Shown here: piece by piece, positions 21,020-31,058 of the stretch | Position numbering within the stretch: position 1 is the first letter of the stretch | Layout of the letters: the number at the start of each line of letters is the position of its first letter | Source of the DNA: an uncultured Gammaproteobacteria bacterium | GTDB lineage: Bacteria > Patescibacteriota > Microgenomatia > Daviesbacterales > UBA10151 | Direction: 5' to 3' | Length of the DNA stretch: 64,000 nucleotides | NCBI GenBank assembly: GCA_964500725.1 | Contig: CAZCNP010000002.1 | Coordinates: 197,347 to 261,346, forward strand | Program-made: the position numbers and the translations under genes | Notes under the pieces: model-generated | Database searches by the model: none | Seen by the model: the letters and a program-made list of their open reading frames with translations, nothing else | What the model was told of the DNA's origin: nothing

Positions 21020-21622
21020 ATGACCCTGCTTAAAGATAGGATGGGGAGAGCTTTATCATTTGCCGAAGCATTTAGGAAAATAATAAACAGATTCTTTAAT
21101 TGGGTGCTGGATATTGAACTTTTAATAGTTGCTTTAGCAGGGTTTATACCCTCTCATTTATTCAGGCTTTTAATATATATTTTAGCGGGAATGAAAATTG
21201 GCAGAGGTTCTAGGATCCATATGGGAGCCCGTTTCTTCTATCCAGCAAATATAAGTATAGGCAAAGGGACGATTATTGGAGATCATGCCTTTTTGGATGG
21301 ACGAGGCAGGCTTATTATTGGTGATCATGTAGATATAGCTTCTGCTGTGATGATCTACAATAGTGAGCATAATATAAATGCTGAAGACTTTCATGCAGTT
21401 TCAGCGCCTGTTGAAATTGGAGATTACGTATTTATCGGGCCAAGGGTGATAATTTTACCTGGAGTAAAGATTGGAAAAGGAGCTGTAGTGGCAGCAGGAG
21501 CAGTGGTAACTAAAGATGTGGCTGAGTTTACAATAGTTGGTGGAGTACCAGCAGAGGTAATAGGGGAGAGGAAGGTCAGGGATTTACATTACAGATTAGG
21601 TAGAGCGAGATTGTTTCAATAA
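21020..21622 (+). CDS. Hexapeptide-repeat (LbH) O-acyltransferase
   Basis: IGRGSRI/IGKGTII/IGDHVDI repeats, ILPGVKIGKGAVVAAGAVVTKDV, VGGVPA. Confidence 0.92.
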   Translation: MTLLKDRMGRALSFAEAFRKIINRFFNWVLDIELLIVALAGFIPSHLFRLLIYILAGMKIGRGSRIHMGARFFYPANISIGKGTIIGDHAFLDGRGRLIIGDHVDIASAVMIYNSEHNINAEDFHAVSAPVEIGDYVFIGPRVIILPGVKIGKGAVVAAGAVVTKDVAEFTIVGGVPAEVIGERKVRDLHYRLGRARLFQ

Positions 21623-21743
21623 AATTAACCTAATTTCTAATTGACCTAATTGATCTAAAGAATTTCTAATGACCAAATGTCTAATTTAGAAATTTAGTCA
21701 TTTTGTCATTGATTAGAAATTAGTACTTAGAAATTAGAAATTT
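21623..21743. repeat. Low-complexity imperfect inverted repeat built from CTAA and TTAG units
   Basis: The left half repeats ...CTAA (TTTCTAA, TTGACCTAA); the right half repeats TTAG... (TTAGAAA). Core AATTTCTAATGACCAAATG...CATTTTGTCATTGATTAGAAATT. Confidence 0.7.
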
Positions 21744-22289
21744 ATGAAAAGATTATTTATCACTTTTTCAGTATTACTTTTTGTATACATGCTTTGGCCG
21801 GGGGTAGGTAATATCTCTAAATTCAGGCCACTGCCGAATAGTGCTAAATCTACCTTGGAGGGTGATACTATTCAAATTCCAAATGTATCTGCATATTTTT
21901 CTGAAAACTTTAGAAATTTTGTAATCCCTTTTTATTTTAAGGACTACCAAAGAGTCTCTTATTTACCTTTTCCTCCACTACGTTTAAATCATGCCCCTGA
22001 ATATTCCTGGACAGTGATTAAAAAGCCAACAGATACAACATATTTAGAGGAATTTGTATATCCTTTAAGGGATTCTTTGTATGTTAATGGGTTTGAAGTT
22101 AATAGACCTGATGGTAGTGTTGTTTTCTGGGGTGGACCTAAGCTTGACCAAGATGACAAGTATTGGTCAACAAAGGCTACCTTAAGACTTTATACATCAA
22201 ATGTTTTTACTAGATTATTGGTTTGGGGTGGAATAATTCTTGCCATTTCATCACTATATAAGTTAGGAAGGAGTATTGTTACCGAATGA
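21744..22289 (+). CDS. Hypothetical membrane protein (N- and C-terminal TM helices)
   Basis: 181 aa ORF, co-oriented and overlapping the next gene by ATGA. Confidence 0.7.
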   Translation: MKRLFITFSVLLFVYMLWPGVGNISKFRPLPNSAKSTLEGDTIQIPNVSAYFSENFRNFVIPFYFKDYQRVSYLPFPPLRLNHAPEYSWTVIKKPTDTTYLEEFVYPLRDSLYVNGFEVNRPDGSVVFWGGPKLDQDDKYWSTKATLRLYTSNVFTRLLVWGGIILAISSLYKLGRSIVTE

Positions 22290-23701
22290 CCATTTTGAAT
22301 AAAGGATTATTTTTATTAATGCTGTTTCTTTTTGCATTTATTCCTTTATACCCTAAATTTCCTCTTTTTAGATTTGAGAGTACCTTTGCAGCAATTAGGT
22401 TAGAAGATTTCTTAATAGCGTTAGCTTTGGTGCTTTGGGTTGTTTATAATTTCAAAAACAGAAAATGGGATTTTTTCACAAAAGATAATATTGGTAAAGC
22501 ATTCTTACTTTTTTTTGCAATAGGTGGTTTATCATTATTTGCGGCAAACTTTCTAACCCACACAGTTGTTCCCCATTTAGGATTGCTGCATTTTGTCAGA
22601 AGGATAGAATTCATGATGCTTTTACCAATTTGTGCCACAGTTTTTACTACCAGAAAAAGAATAATTGCAGCGTTAATAGTTCTAGTAGTCACACTCTTTG
22701 CGGTTAATGTTTATGGAGCAGGACAGTTATATCTAGATTGGCCAGTAATATCTACCACCAACTCTGAGTTTGCTAAGGGTTTGATTTTAAAACTGACCCC
22801 AGGGGCGCGGGTAAATTCTACATTTGCCGGACATTATGATTTGGCAGTATTTTTGGCAGGTGCGTTAGCCTTTTTGTCAGTATTTTTCTTTTCAACAAAA
22901 ATACTGGGAAAAATATTAATACTGGCTCTTGGAGCTTTTTCTTTATTTTTGCTTATTTTAACTGCTGCCAGAGTGTCATTTGTGGCTGCCTTTATCGGAC
23001 TAATCGCTGCTTTAATTTTTTCCAGGAAAAAGAAATATTTAATTTTGATATTTATTGTATTAGTGCTGGCAGCTATTTATCCTTCCCAGATGAGAGATAG
23101 GTTTGTTTCAACAGTTACTATTAATCTATTTAATATGGGACAAAGGTATGAAGGCAGGAATCTAAACCAACAACTTGAAAATAAGCTAAATATCCCAACA
23201 CTTTTTTACAGGATGGCCAGCAGGTCTGCCTCTCAGTCAGCATTTGCCAGTCCCTCTGCAGGGATTCCTACGGATATTGCTCCAGGAGAACCGATTAATG
23301 AGACAGACCTGGCAGTTTATAGGTCCTTTCAAATCAGGCTTAATATGGAATGGCCAAGGGCTATCAATGCCTTTTTGAAAAATCCCTTGACTGGTTTGGG
23401 TTATTCATCATTGGGGTTGGCAACTGATAATGAGTATCTGCGTTCTTTAGGCGAAGTAGGACTTTTAGGAACGGTTGCTTTTGGGCTTATTATATTATCT
23501 GTCTGGAAGAAAATATTAAAAGGAATCAGAAATGAAGATAAACTAATCAGATTGTTTTCTGCGGGTACACTTTCTTTGATTATTGTATTTTTAGCAAATG
23601 GATTATTTATTGATGTGTTTGAAGCATCAAAAATAGCATCACTTTTTTGGATGATTTTAGGACTTAATTTAGCTGCCTTGAAGGCAGCAGAAAGAAAATG
23701 A
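22286..23701 (+). CDS. O-antigen ligase/polymerase (Wzy_C) family membrane protein
   Basis: RVNSTFAGHYDL, LTAARVS, RLNMEWPRA, NPLTGLG, DNEYLR; polytopic. Confidence 0.78.
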   Translation: MTILNKGLFLLMLFLFAFIPLYPKFPLFRFESTFAAIRLEDFLIALALVLWVVYNFKNRKWDFFTKDNIGKAFLLFFAIGGLSLFAANFLTHTVVPHLGLLHFVRRIEFMMLLPICATVFTTRKRIIAALIVLVVTLFAVNVYGAGQLYLDWPVISTTNSEFAKGLILKLTPGARVNSTFAGHYDLAVFLAGALAFLSVFFFSTKILGKILILALGAFSLFLLILTAARVSFVAAFIGLIAALIFSRKKKYLILIFIVLVLAAIYPSQMRDRFVSTVTINLFNMGQRYEGRNLNQQLENKLNIPTLFYRMASRSASQSAFASPSAGIPTDIAPGEPINETDLAVYRSFQIRLNMEWPRAINAFLKNPLTGLGYSSLGLATDNEYLRSLGEVGLLGTVAFGLIILSVWKKILKGIRNEDKLIRLFSAGTLSLIIVFLANGLFIDVFEASKIASLFWMILGLNLAALKAAERK

Positions 23702-25164
23702 AACTAACTAAGATATTTGCCAGTCAATATTTTTGGTTGCTAATTATAATTGTATTAGGGTTGCTGGTTAGGCTATATAAAATTGATGCTCCAATTGCTG
23801 ATTGGCATTCATGGAGACAGGCAGATACAGCAGCGGTTACAAGAAACTTTATAAAGATGGGCTTTAACCCATTGTTCCCCAAATATGATGATATGACAGG
23901 AGTATCAGAAAAGCCTGTTGTTAACCCTGCAAGATTTAGATTTGTGGAGTTTCCTGTTTATAATATCTTTGTTTATCCACTTTATTTATTATTTGGTATT
24001 GATGATAAATTGCATAGGTTAGTTTCAGCTCTGTTTTCTTTAGGCAGCACAGCTTTTTTGTTTTTTATAGTTAAAAAATATACTGGTGTGGCAACAGGGC
24101 TTCTTGCTGCCTTTTTATTTGCACTTTTGCCTTTTAATGTTTTTTTCTCCAGGACCACTTTACCAGAACCTACTTTTATTTTCTTTTCTTTAGGGATGAT
24201 TTATTTTATGGGCAATTGGATAGAAAGCAACAAAAACAGCCAGGCTATATTAGGCCTTTTTTTTACAGCAATAGCATTTTTAATTAAGCCCTGGGCCATT
24301 TTTTTCTTTTTACCGCTTCTGTATTTACTTTTCCGACATCAAGGAAGGAAGTTTTGGATTAAGTTTTTACTTTTGACTGCTGTCGCTTTAGCGCCACTTG
24401 CTTTATGGAGGCTTTGGATTCTGCAGCAATCTCAAGGGATACCCGCCTCCAGCTGGCTGTTAAATAGTGATGGTATCCGATTTAAACCGGCCTTTTGGTG
24501 GTGGATTATTTCTGAAAGATTGGGCAGAGAAATTCTAGGAGCAACAGGAATGGTGCTATTTTTCCTAGGAATTTTTATTAAGCCCAAAAATGGCAATTAT
24601 TTTTTTCACTTTTGGGCTTTGTCATCATTTATTTTTATAGCAATTTTTGCAACAGGTAATGTCAGACATAATTACTATCAAATACAGGCAATCCCGATAG
24701 TAAGCATATTCTTGGCTTTGGGGTTCACCCAGCTTTTTAGAAGGAGCAATCTTTTTATAGCAAGATTTTGGACTATGATTTTAGCAATGTTTTTGTTTGT
24801 TTTATCGTTTTATTTTAGTTTTAAAGTAGTTAAGGAATTTTACAATGTGAATAATCCGGATATGGTTGAGGCAGGCAAAACAGCTGATAGGATTTTGCCA
24901 AAAGATGCCATAGTCTTAGCCCCTTACAATGGGGATACCGCATTTTTATATCAGACAAACCGTCCGGGTTTTCCAGTAACAGCTCTGCCTATTCCAGAGT
25001 TGGTTGCAGATTTTGGAGTAACTGCTTATGTATCAACAACAAAAGATGCAAAAACTAATTGGGTGCTGAGGCATTTCCAGGTCCTGAAAGATACAGAGAA
25101 ATTTGTTATAGCTGACCTTACTACTATTAAATCTCCTTTAAGTTCTGATGATCCAGAGCCATAA
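23698..25164 (+). CDS. GT39/PMT_2 (ArnT-like) membrane glycosyltransferase
   Basis: HSWRQADT, EFPVYN, SRTTLPE, HNYYQ. Confidence 0.75.
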   Translation: MKLTKIFASQYFWLLIIIVLGLLVRLYKIDAPIADWHSWRQADTAAVTRNFIKMGFNPLFPKYDDMTGVSEKPVVNPARFRFVEFPVYNIFVYPLYLLFGIDDKLHRLVSALFSLGSTAFLFFIVKKYTGVATGLLAAFLFALLPFNVFFSRTTLPEPTFIFFSLGMIYFMGNWIESNKNSQAILGLFFTAIAFLIKPWAIFFFLPLLYLLFRHQGRKFWIKFLLLTAVALAPLALWRLWILQQSQGIPASSWLLNSDGIRFKPAFWWWIISERLGREILGATGMVLFFLGIFIKPKNGNYFFHFWALSSFIFIAIFATGNVRHNYYQIQAIPIVSIFLALGFTQLFRRSNLFIARFWTMILAMFLFVLSFYFSFKVVKEFYNVNNPDMVEAGKTADRILPKDAIVLAPYNGDTAFLYQTNRPGFPVTALPIPELVADFGVTAYVSTTKDAKTNWVLRHFQVLKDTEKFVIADLTTIKSPLSSDDPEP

Positions 25165-25172
25165 AAACTAAT

Positions 25173-26363
25173 ATGAGAGTCCTAATGCTTACTCCTTACC
25201 TGCCTTACCCACTTCTAACTGGCGGACAAACGCGTTCGTATGATTTGATAAAAAGACTCTCTGCCTTAGGACACGAAATTACCCTTTTTAGTTTGATAAA
25301 GAGTGATAATGAAAGAAAATATGTTGGCCAGCTGCAAAAGTTTTGTAAAGAAGTTCAGGTATTTGGAAGGTCTGAAAAGCCTTGGACAATAGGTAACATT
25401 TTAAAAACTGGCTTTAGTTTCTATCCATTTTTGGTTATCAGGAATTGGGCTGGGGGAGAAAAAAAGGGGATTGAAAATAAGATTGCCAAAGAACAGTTTG
25501 ACTTAATTCATGCTGAGACTTTTTATGTTATGCCTCATATTCCTAAAACTTCAGTGCCAATACTGCTAGTTGAGCAAACTATTGAATATTTAGTTTATAG
25601 ACACTTTGCGGATGAGTTTAAATTACCTCCTTTGCGCCCGCTTTTATATATAGATGTTGCCAAAATGAAATATTGGGAACTTAAATATTGGAGGATGGCC
25701 AAAAGGGTGGCTGCTATGTCTTCAGAAGATAAAGACACAATGACTGAAGAGTTAGGTAACCTTAATGTTGATATTGTGCCTAACGGGGTAGATAGTGAAT
25801 TTTTTGGGCAGTCAATAACACCGCGGTCAAAAATACCAACAGTGCTTTATTTAGGAAACTTTACTTGGCTGCAAAATAGGGAAGCAGTTGATGTATTAGT
25901 TAGAAAAGTCTGGCCTGTTATTAAAACAAAACTTTCTAATGCAAGGCTTTGGATTATTGGTAAAGATGCCCAAAAATATTTTCCAAATTTAGCATCTGAT
26001 GATATCCGGGTTGAAGAGGTTAGTGATGTTAGAGAAGTTTACCAGCAAGCCTCAATATTGGTTGCACCAATTTATGGAGGTGGAGGTACTAGGTATAAAA
26101 ATTTTGAAGCTTTTGCATCTGGTCTTCCAGTTGTGACAACATCAATAGGCATCAGGGGAACTGATGCCAAAGATGGCATTGAGGTTATCGTCAGAGATAA
26201 ACCAGAAGATATAGCAGAAGCTGCTGTTGCTTTAACTAAAGATAATAAGCTTTATGAAAAAATTGCTGAAAATGCCAAAAAGATGGTTAAGGAAAAATAT
26301 GACTGGGATCCTATTGCTAAAAAGTTAAGTCAAATCTATCAGGATTTAGGCAAGAGGAGGTAA
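25173..26363 (+). CDS. GT4 glycosyltransferase
   Basis: PYPLLTGGQTR, VPNGVD, GGGTRYKNFEAFASGLPVVTT. Confidence 0.9.
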   Translation: MRVLMLTPYLPYPLLTGGQTRSYDLIKRLSALGHEITLFSLIKSDNERKYVGQLQKFCKEVQVFGRSEKPWTIGNILKTGFSFYPFLVIRNWAGGEKKGIENKIAKEQFDLIHAETFYVMPHIPKTSVPILLVEQTIEYLVYRHFADEFKLPPLRPLLYIDVAKMKYWELKYWRMAKRVAAMSSEDKDTMTEELGNLNVDIVPNGVDSEFFGQSITPRSKIPTVLYLGNFTWLQNREAVDVLVRKVWPVIKTKLSNARLWIIGKDAQKYFPNLASDDIRVEEVSDVREVYQQASILVAPIYGGGGTRYKNFEAFASGLPVVTTSIGIRGTDAKDGIEVIVRDKPEDIAEAAVALTKDNKLYEKIAENAKKMVKEKYDWDPIAKKLSQIYQDLGKRR

Positions 26364-26364
26364 T

Positions 26365-27459
26365 ATGTCAAAAATCATTATAGATGGAAGAATGATAAAT
26401 GAGTCAGGGATTGGGCGTTATATCAGGAATCTGATCAGTAATTTACAGACTCTGGATCATGAAAATGAATACTTTATTTTGCATTTGGAAAATGATTTTC
26501 AGACATTAAAATACTCAAATAACTTCCATAAAATTGCTGCAGATTTTAGGTGGTACGGATCAGAGGAGCAGATTAAGTTGCCTAAGCTGCTTTATTCACT
26601 AAGTCCTGATTTAGTGCATTTTCCTCATTTTAATATTCCAATTTTTTTTAAAGGAAAATTTATTGTTACTATTCATGATCTAATCCACCAGCATTTTAGT
26701 ATGCAAAGGGCTACTACGCATGGATCTATTGTCTATAAATTAAAGCAGTTTGGTTATAAAAAAGTTTTTAATAAGGCAATAAAGGATTCAGAAAAAATTT
26801 TGGTCCCTTCAGTATTTGTAAAAAAGCAATTAAAAGATGAATGGGGTATCGAGGAGAAAAAAGTTTTAGTTACTCCGGAAGCTGTGGATGATGAGATTAT
26901 TAGTTCGAGTAAAAAGACAAAAGTAAACAGTATAAAACAACCCTTTATTTTTTATGTTGGAAATGCTCACCCTCATAAAAATATAGAAGGATTAATTAGA
27001 GTATTTGGCAATCTTAAGGAAAAGCATCCAACATTATCGTTGGTATTGTCAGGAAATGATCATTATTTTTGGCAAAGAATCAGGAGTAAGCACCAAGAAA
27101 AAGATATTATCTATACAGGTCAAATTTCTGATGAGGAACTAGTAGCTTTATATAAGAGTGCTGCTTGTTTTGTAATGCCCTCATTTGAGGAGGGATTTGG
27201 TATACCAATACTTGAAGCTATGGTTTGTTCCTGCCCCGTGGTTTCCTCGAATGCCGGAAGCCTGCCAGAAGTAGGAGGGGAAGCTTCCCTATATTTTGAC
27301 CCGAAAGATTCCAAAGATATGTTTGAAAAAATAGATCTGGTTTTAACATCTGATAAGTTAAAGAAAGATCTAATCCAAAAAGGAATAAAAAGAGTAGAAG
27401 ATTTCAGTTGGGAAAAACTTGCCAAGCAGACACTGGAGGTATATAAAGAGTGCGTGTAG
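26365..27459 (+). CDS. GT4 glycosyltransferase (MtfB-like)
   Basis: SGIGRY, TIHDL, GNAHPHKN, PSFEEGFGIPILEAM. Confidence 0.9.
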   Translation: MSKIIIDGRMINESGIGRYIRNLISNLQTLDHENEYFILHLENDFQTLKYSNNFHKIAADFRWYGSEEQIKLPKLLYSLSPDLVHFPHFNIPIFFKGKFIVTIHDLIHQHFSMQRATTHGSIVYKLKQFGYKKVFNKAIKDSEKILVPSVFVKKQLKDEWGIEEKKVLVTPEAVDDEIISSSKKTKVNSIKQPFIFYVGNAHPHKNIEGLIRVFGNLKEKHPTLSLVLSGNDHYFWQRIRSKHQEKDIIYTGQISDEELVALYKSAACFVMPSFEEGFGIPILEAMVCSCPVVSSNAGSLPEVGGEASLYFDPKDSKDMFEKIDLVLTSDKLKKDLIQKGIKRVEDFSWEKLAKQTLEVYKECV

Positions 27460-28517
27460 CTATAGTTCATGATGATTTGGTTCAATGGGGTGGGGCTGAA
27501 AGAGTATTGCTGGGACTTTTGCAAGCCTACCCTGATGCTACCTTATACACCTCTCTTTTTGATGACAGTAATAAAATACTGAAAGAAAAGTTTGGTTCTA
27601 AAAAAATCTTCACTTCGTTTTTGCAAAAAATTCCTGGCTGGAAATATTTTTATAAAGCCCTACTACCTTTTTACGGATTGGCTTTTGAACAGTTTGATTT
27701 TTCCAATTTTGATTTAGTAATTTCTCATACAACCCGTTTTGCTAAAAGTATTATTACTAAACCTGAAACTATCCATATATGTTACTCTCATACCCCACCC
27801 AGATTTTTGTGGCATTTTTCGGGAGAAAAAAATTATGGACTTTTTGACTTACTTTTGTCTAAGCTGAGAATTTATGATGCAATTACTGCCCGAAGGGTAG
27901 ATTATTTTTTGGCTGGTTCTGAAAATGCAAAGAATAGAATAAAAAAAGTTTATAAGGTGCCCTCAAAAGTTGTTTATCCATTTATTGATTTAGAAAGGTT
28001 TAAAAATACCCAGAGTTTTGATGGAGGATATTTTTTAGTAGTAAGCAGATTAAATAAATATAAAAGAGTTGATTTAGCAGTTAAGGCTTGTATGAAATTA
28101 GGTTTATCTCTTAGGGTTATTGGAAGCGGACCTGAGCAAGAAAAGTTACCAAAAACAAAAGAAATAGAGTATCTAGGTAATTTAGATGACAGTTTGACAA
28201 CTGCAGTATTGGCAGGATGCAAAGCTTTAATTATTTGCGGGGAAGAAGATTTTGGACTAACCAGCTTAGAAGCTCAAGCTTTAGGTAAGCCAGTTATAGC
28301 ATTTGCCAAGGGTGGTATTTTAGAAACAGTAATCCTTAATAAAACTGGAATATTATTTGAGGAACAAACAGAGGATAGTTTAGTTGTTGCTTTGCAAAAG
28401 CTTGAATCAATAAAGATTAAACCTGATGATTGTTACCAAAATGCAGAAAAATTCAGCAGAGAAAAATTTTTAAAAAACTTTAAGCAAGAAGTTGCTTCTT
28501 TGTTGTACACTAGATAG
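27450..28517 (+). CDS. GT4 glycosyltransferase (WbaZ-like)
   Basis: HDDLVQWGGAERV, YSHTPPR, SRLNKYKR, EEDFGLTSLEAQA. Confidence 0.9.
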   Translation: MRVAIVHDDLVQWGGAERVLLGLLQAYPDATLYTSLFDDSNKILKEKFGSKKIFTSFLQKIPGWKYFYKALLPFYGLAFEQFDFSNFDLVISHTTRFAKSIITKPETIHICYSHTPPRFLWHFSGEKNYGLFDLLLSKLRIYDAITARRVDYFLAGSENAKNRIKKVYKVPSKVVYPFIDLERFKNTQSFDGGYFLVVSRLNKYKRVDLAVKACMKLGLSLRVIGSGPEQEKLPKTKEIEYLGNLDDSLTTAVLAGCKALIICGEEDFGLTSLEAQALGKPVIAFAKGGILETVILNKTGILFEEQTEDSLVVALQKLESIKIKPDDCYQNAEKFSREKFLKNFKQEVASLLYTR

Positions 28518-28521
28518 ACAC

Positions 28522-29151
28522 ATGTTTTACGATTGTTTAAAAAGATTAACAGATTTTGTAGGGTCTTTGGTAGGTTTGATTGTGCTTTCCCCTCTTTTAT
28601 TGCTAGTGGCTTTGGCTATCAAGATAGATTCCTTTGGTCCTATTATGGCTGATACTCCAATGAGAGCTGGCAAGAATGGAAAACTTTTTAAAATATACAA
28701 GTTCCGCTCCATGGTTCAAAATGCACATGAGATTTTAGAAAATAACCCTAAGCTTTTAGAAGAATATAAAAAAAATAGCTACAAAATATTTAATGATCCA
28801 AGAGTAACAAATGTGGGAAAGATAATTAGGAAATACTCAATTGATGAATTCCCTCAGTTCCTTAATATCTTAAAAGGAGAAATGAGTTTAGTAGGGCCTA
28901 GGGCATATTACCCTTACGAACTTGAGGAGCAACAGGAAAAATACCCTCAGTCAAAAAAATATGTTAAAGTGATTTTATCAGGCAAACCAGGACTGACTGG
29001 TGTCTGGCAGGTTACAGGGAGATCTGAGATTAATTTTGATGAGAGGGTAAAAATGGATGCAGGTTATGTTGCCAGAAGATCCATTTTTTATGATGTTTGG
29101 ATAATGCTAAAAACCATCCCAGCAGTTATTTCTGGCAGGGGTGCAGTATAA
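28522..29151 (+). CDS. Priming sugar transferase (Bac_transf; WcaJ/CpsE/WbaP C-terminal type)
   Basis: KRLTD, KFRSM, DPRVTNVG, SIDEFPQFLNILKGEMSLVGPR, KPGLTGVWQV. ATG 28522 is preferred to TTG 28492. Confidence 0.93.
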   Translation: MFYDCLKRLTDFVGSLVGLIVLSPLLLLVALAIKIDSFGPIMADTPMRAGKNGKLFKIYKFRSMVQNAHEILENNPKLLEEYKKNSYKIFNDPRVTNVGKIIRKYSIDEFPQFLNILKGEMSLVGPRAYYPYELEEQQEKYPQSKKYVKVILSGKPGLTGVWQVTGRSEINFDERVKMDAGYVARRSIFYDVWIMLKTIPAVISGRGAV

Positions 29152-29155
29152 AATT

Positions 29156-31045
29156 ATGGCGCTTACAAACTTAGGTAAAAGACTAAATTCTCTAGATAAA
29201 AAATACTTAAATCCAAATTCAAATAACAAAGGCAAAAAGAGATTGTTAGTAATTCTTGCGATCGTTGCTCTTGATTTGATTATTCCAGGAGTATTTATTT
29301 TTCTGGGTTTAAAAGGGGTATCAACTAATTCAAAAAGTGTTACTGCTGCGTATAAAAATCAAAATTTCGGCCAGCTGCAACAGGGGATAAAATCAACAAA
29401 AGGAAGTTTGCAGAGCATAGATTCTTCCTTAAATTTTTGGTTTTGGATGAGGGTAATTCCATTTTTAGGAGGATACTATTCTGATATTAAAGGTTTGACT
29501 GGCGCAGGGGTGGAGGAGTTAAAAGCCATAGATATAATTTTTACCAATCTGGAAAAATCTCAGGAAGAGTTAAGGTTTGATGGCAATCCAAAAAGCGGGC
29601 CTGACAGAACAACCCAGGCGATAAATATTTTAAATAAGTCTCTACCTATTTTAGAAAAAGTAGAACCTAATTTAGTAAAGGCTGCAAGTTATGTTGAAAA
29701 TATTGATACTGCCAAATATCCAGAAAAGTTTAAAGGCAAAACAGTAAAGAAAAACTTAGAGGTAGCTAAAAATTTTATATTAGGAGCTGCGGTTGCTGCA
29801 AAAGATGGTAAAGATGCTTTGGCTCTGGCTCCTCAAGCGTTAGGTATACCTTCTGCCAAAAATTACCTGCTGCTTTTCCAGAATGATAAAGAGATACGTC
29901 CAACAGGCGGGTTTTTAACAGCTTATGCAACTCTGACTATCAAAAATGGTCAGGTTGATGCAACTGTCTCTGATGATATTTACAGATTAGATGAAAAGCT
30001 TTTGAAGGTTTGTTTGACCAAAATTTGTCCACTTTCACCTCCTGCTCCAATAGTTAAATACTTACCAGAGGTGACTGGTAAACCAAGGTCGGCTTGGAGC
30101 ATGAGAGATTCTAACTTATCTCCTGATGTGGCAACTTCTGCAAAAGAGTTTGAAAGAATGTACCAGATGCTGGGTGAGGGTTTGCCTTTTGATGGAATTA
30201 TTTTTATAGATTCCCAAGTAGTTGAGGAACTTATTGAGGTGACAGGACCAATAGATGTGTATGGAACTGTTTATTCAGCAGAAGTAGATAAAAGATGCAA
30301 TTGCCCAGGTGTAATTTATGAGCTGGAGTCTTATGCAGAAATTGCAGCCAAAGGAGAAAAAGACAGAAAAGCAATTTTGGGGGTATTGATGCAGCAGATT
30401 TTAGCAAGATCAATTGGGGCAGATATCGAAAAACTGCCACAGCTAGTTGAGACTTTGGCAAGGCTGGCAAATGATAAGCATGTAATGTTTTATATGCATG
30501 ATTCAGCTTTGCAGACTGCTTTAACTAAATTAAATTGGGTAGGAGAGATTAAAAACTTTGATGGTGATTATTTGCATATTAATGATTCAAACTTTGCTGG
30601 AGGAAAATCTAATTTATATGTTGTTCAAACTGTTACCCAGGAAATAACTACCCAGAGAGATGGAACTGTTAAGAAAAAGATTAATATTGAATATAAAAAT
30701 GATCAAGGTTTTGGGATTTGGTTAAATGGTATCAACAGAGATTATGTTAGATTCCTTGTGCCAAAGGGGAGTAAGCTAATATCTTCTAAAGGATCTGAGG
30801 TTCCTGTAACTACCAAAGAGGAGCTGGGTAAAACTGTCTTCGAGGCCTTTATCCAAGTCAGGCCTCAAAATAGCAGGAAATTTGAGATTGAATATACTGT
30901 GCCTTACAATCCTCAAGGAGAGTATAAATTGATGGTTCAAAAACAGCCAGGAGCAAAAGACTTTAGGTATAAAGTCAAAATTAATGGTTCTCAAAAAGCA
31001 GACTTTAAGTTAACCCAAGATAAAGAGATTAGTCTTAGTCTCTAA
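29156..31045 (+). CDS. DUF4012-domain membrane-anchored protein
   Basis: N-terminal TM, then YLLLFQNDKEIRPTGGF, RDSNLSPD, FDGII, NFAGGKSN motifs. Start uncertain (29141 GTG or 29156 ATG). Confidence 0.75.
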   Translation: MALTNLGKRLNSLDKKYLNPNSNNKGKKRLLVILAIVALDLIIPGVFIFLGLKGVSTNSKSVTAAYKNQNFGQLQQGIKSTKGSLQSIDSSLNFWFWMRVIPFLGGYYSDIKGLTGAGVEELKAIDIIFTNLEKSQEELRFDGNPKSGPDRTTQAINILNKSLPILEKVEPNLVKAASYVENIDTAKYPEKFKGKTVKKNLEVAKNFILGAAVAAKDGKDALALAPQALGIPSAKNYLLLFQNDKEIRPTGGFLTAYATLTIKNGQVDATVSDDIYRLDEKLLKVCLTKICPLSPPAPIVKYLPEVTGKPRSAWSMRDSNLSPDVATSAKEFERMYQMLGEGLPFDGIIFIDSQVVEELIEVTGPIDVYGTVYSAEVDKRCNCPGVIYELESYAEIAAKGEKDRKAILGVLMQQILARSIGADIEKLPQLVETLARLANDKHVMFYMHDSALQTALTKLNWVGEIKNFDGDYLHINDSNFAGGKSNLYVVQTVTQEITTQRDGTVKKKINIEYKNDQGFGIWLNGINRDYVRFLVPKGSKLISSKGSEVPVTTKEELGKTVFEAFIQVRPQNSRKFEIEYTVPYNPQGEYKLMVQKQPGAKDFRYKVKINGSQKADFKLTQDKEISLSL

Positions 31046-31058
31046 TTGTATAAAGTAT

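Noticed and set aside
21623-21743. CRISPR array
   Set aside because: The units are 7-11 nt with no unique spacers, and there are no cas genes. No CRISPR array was seen anywhere in the window.
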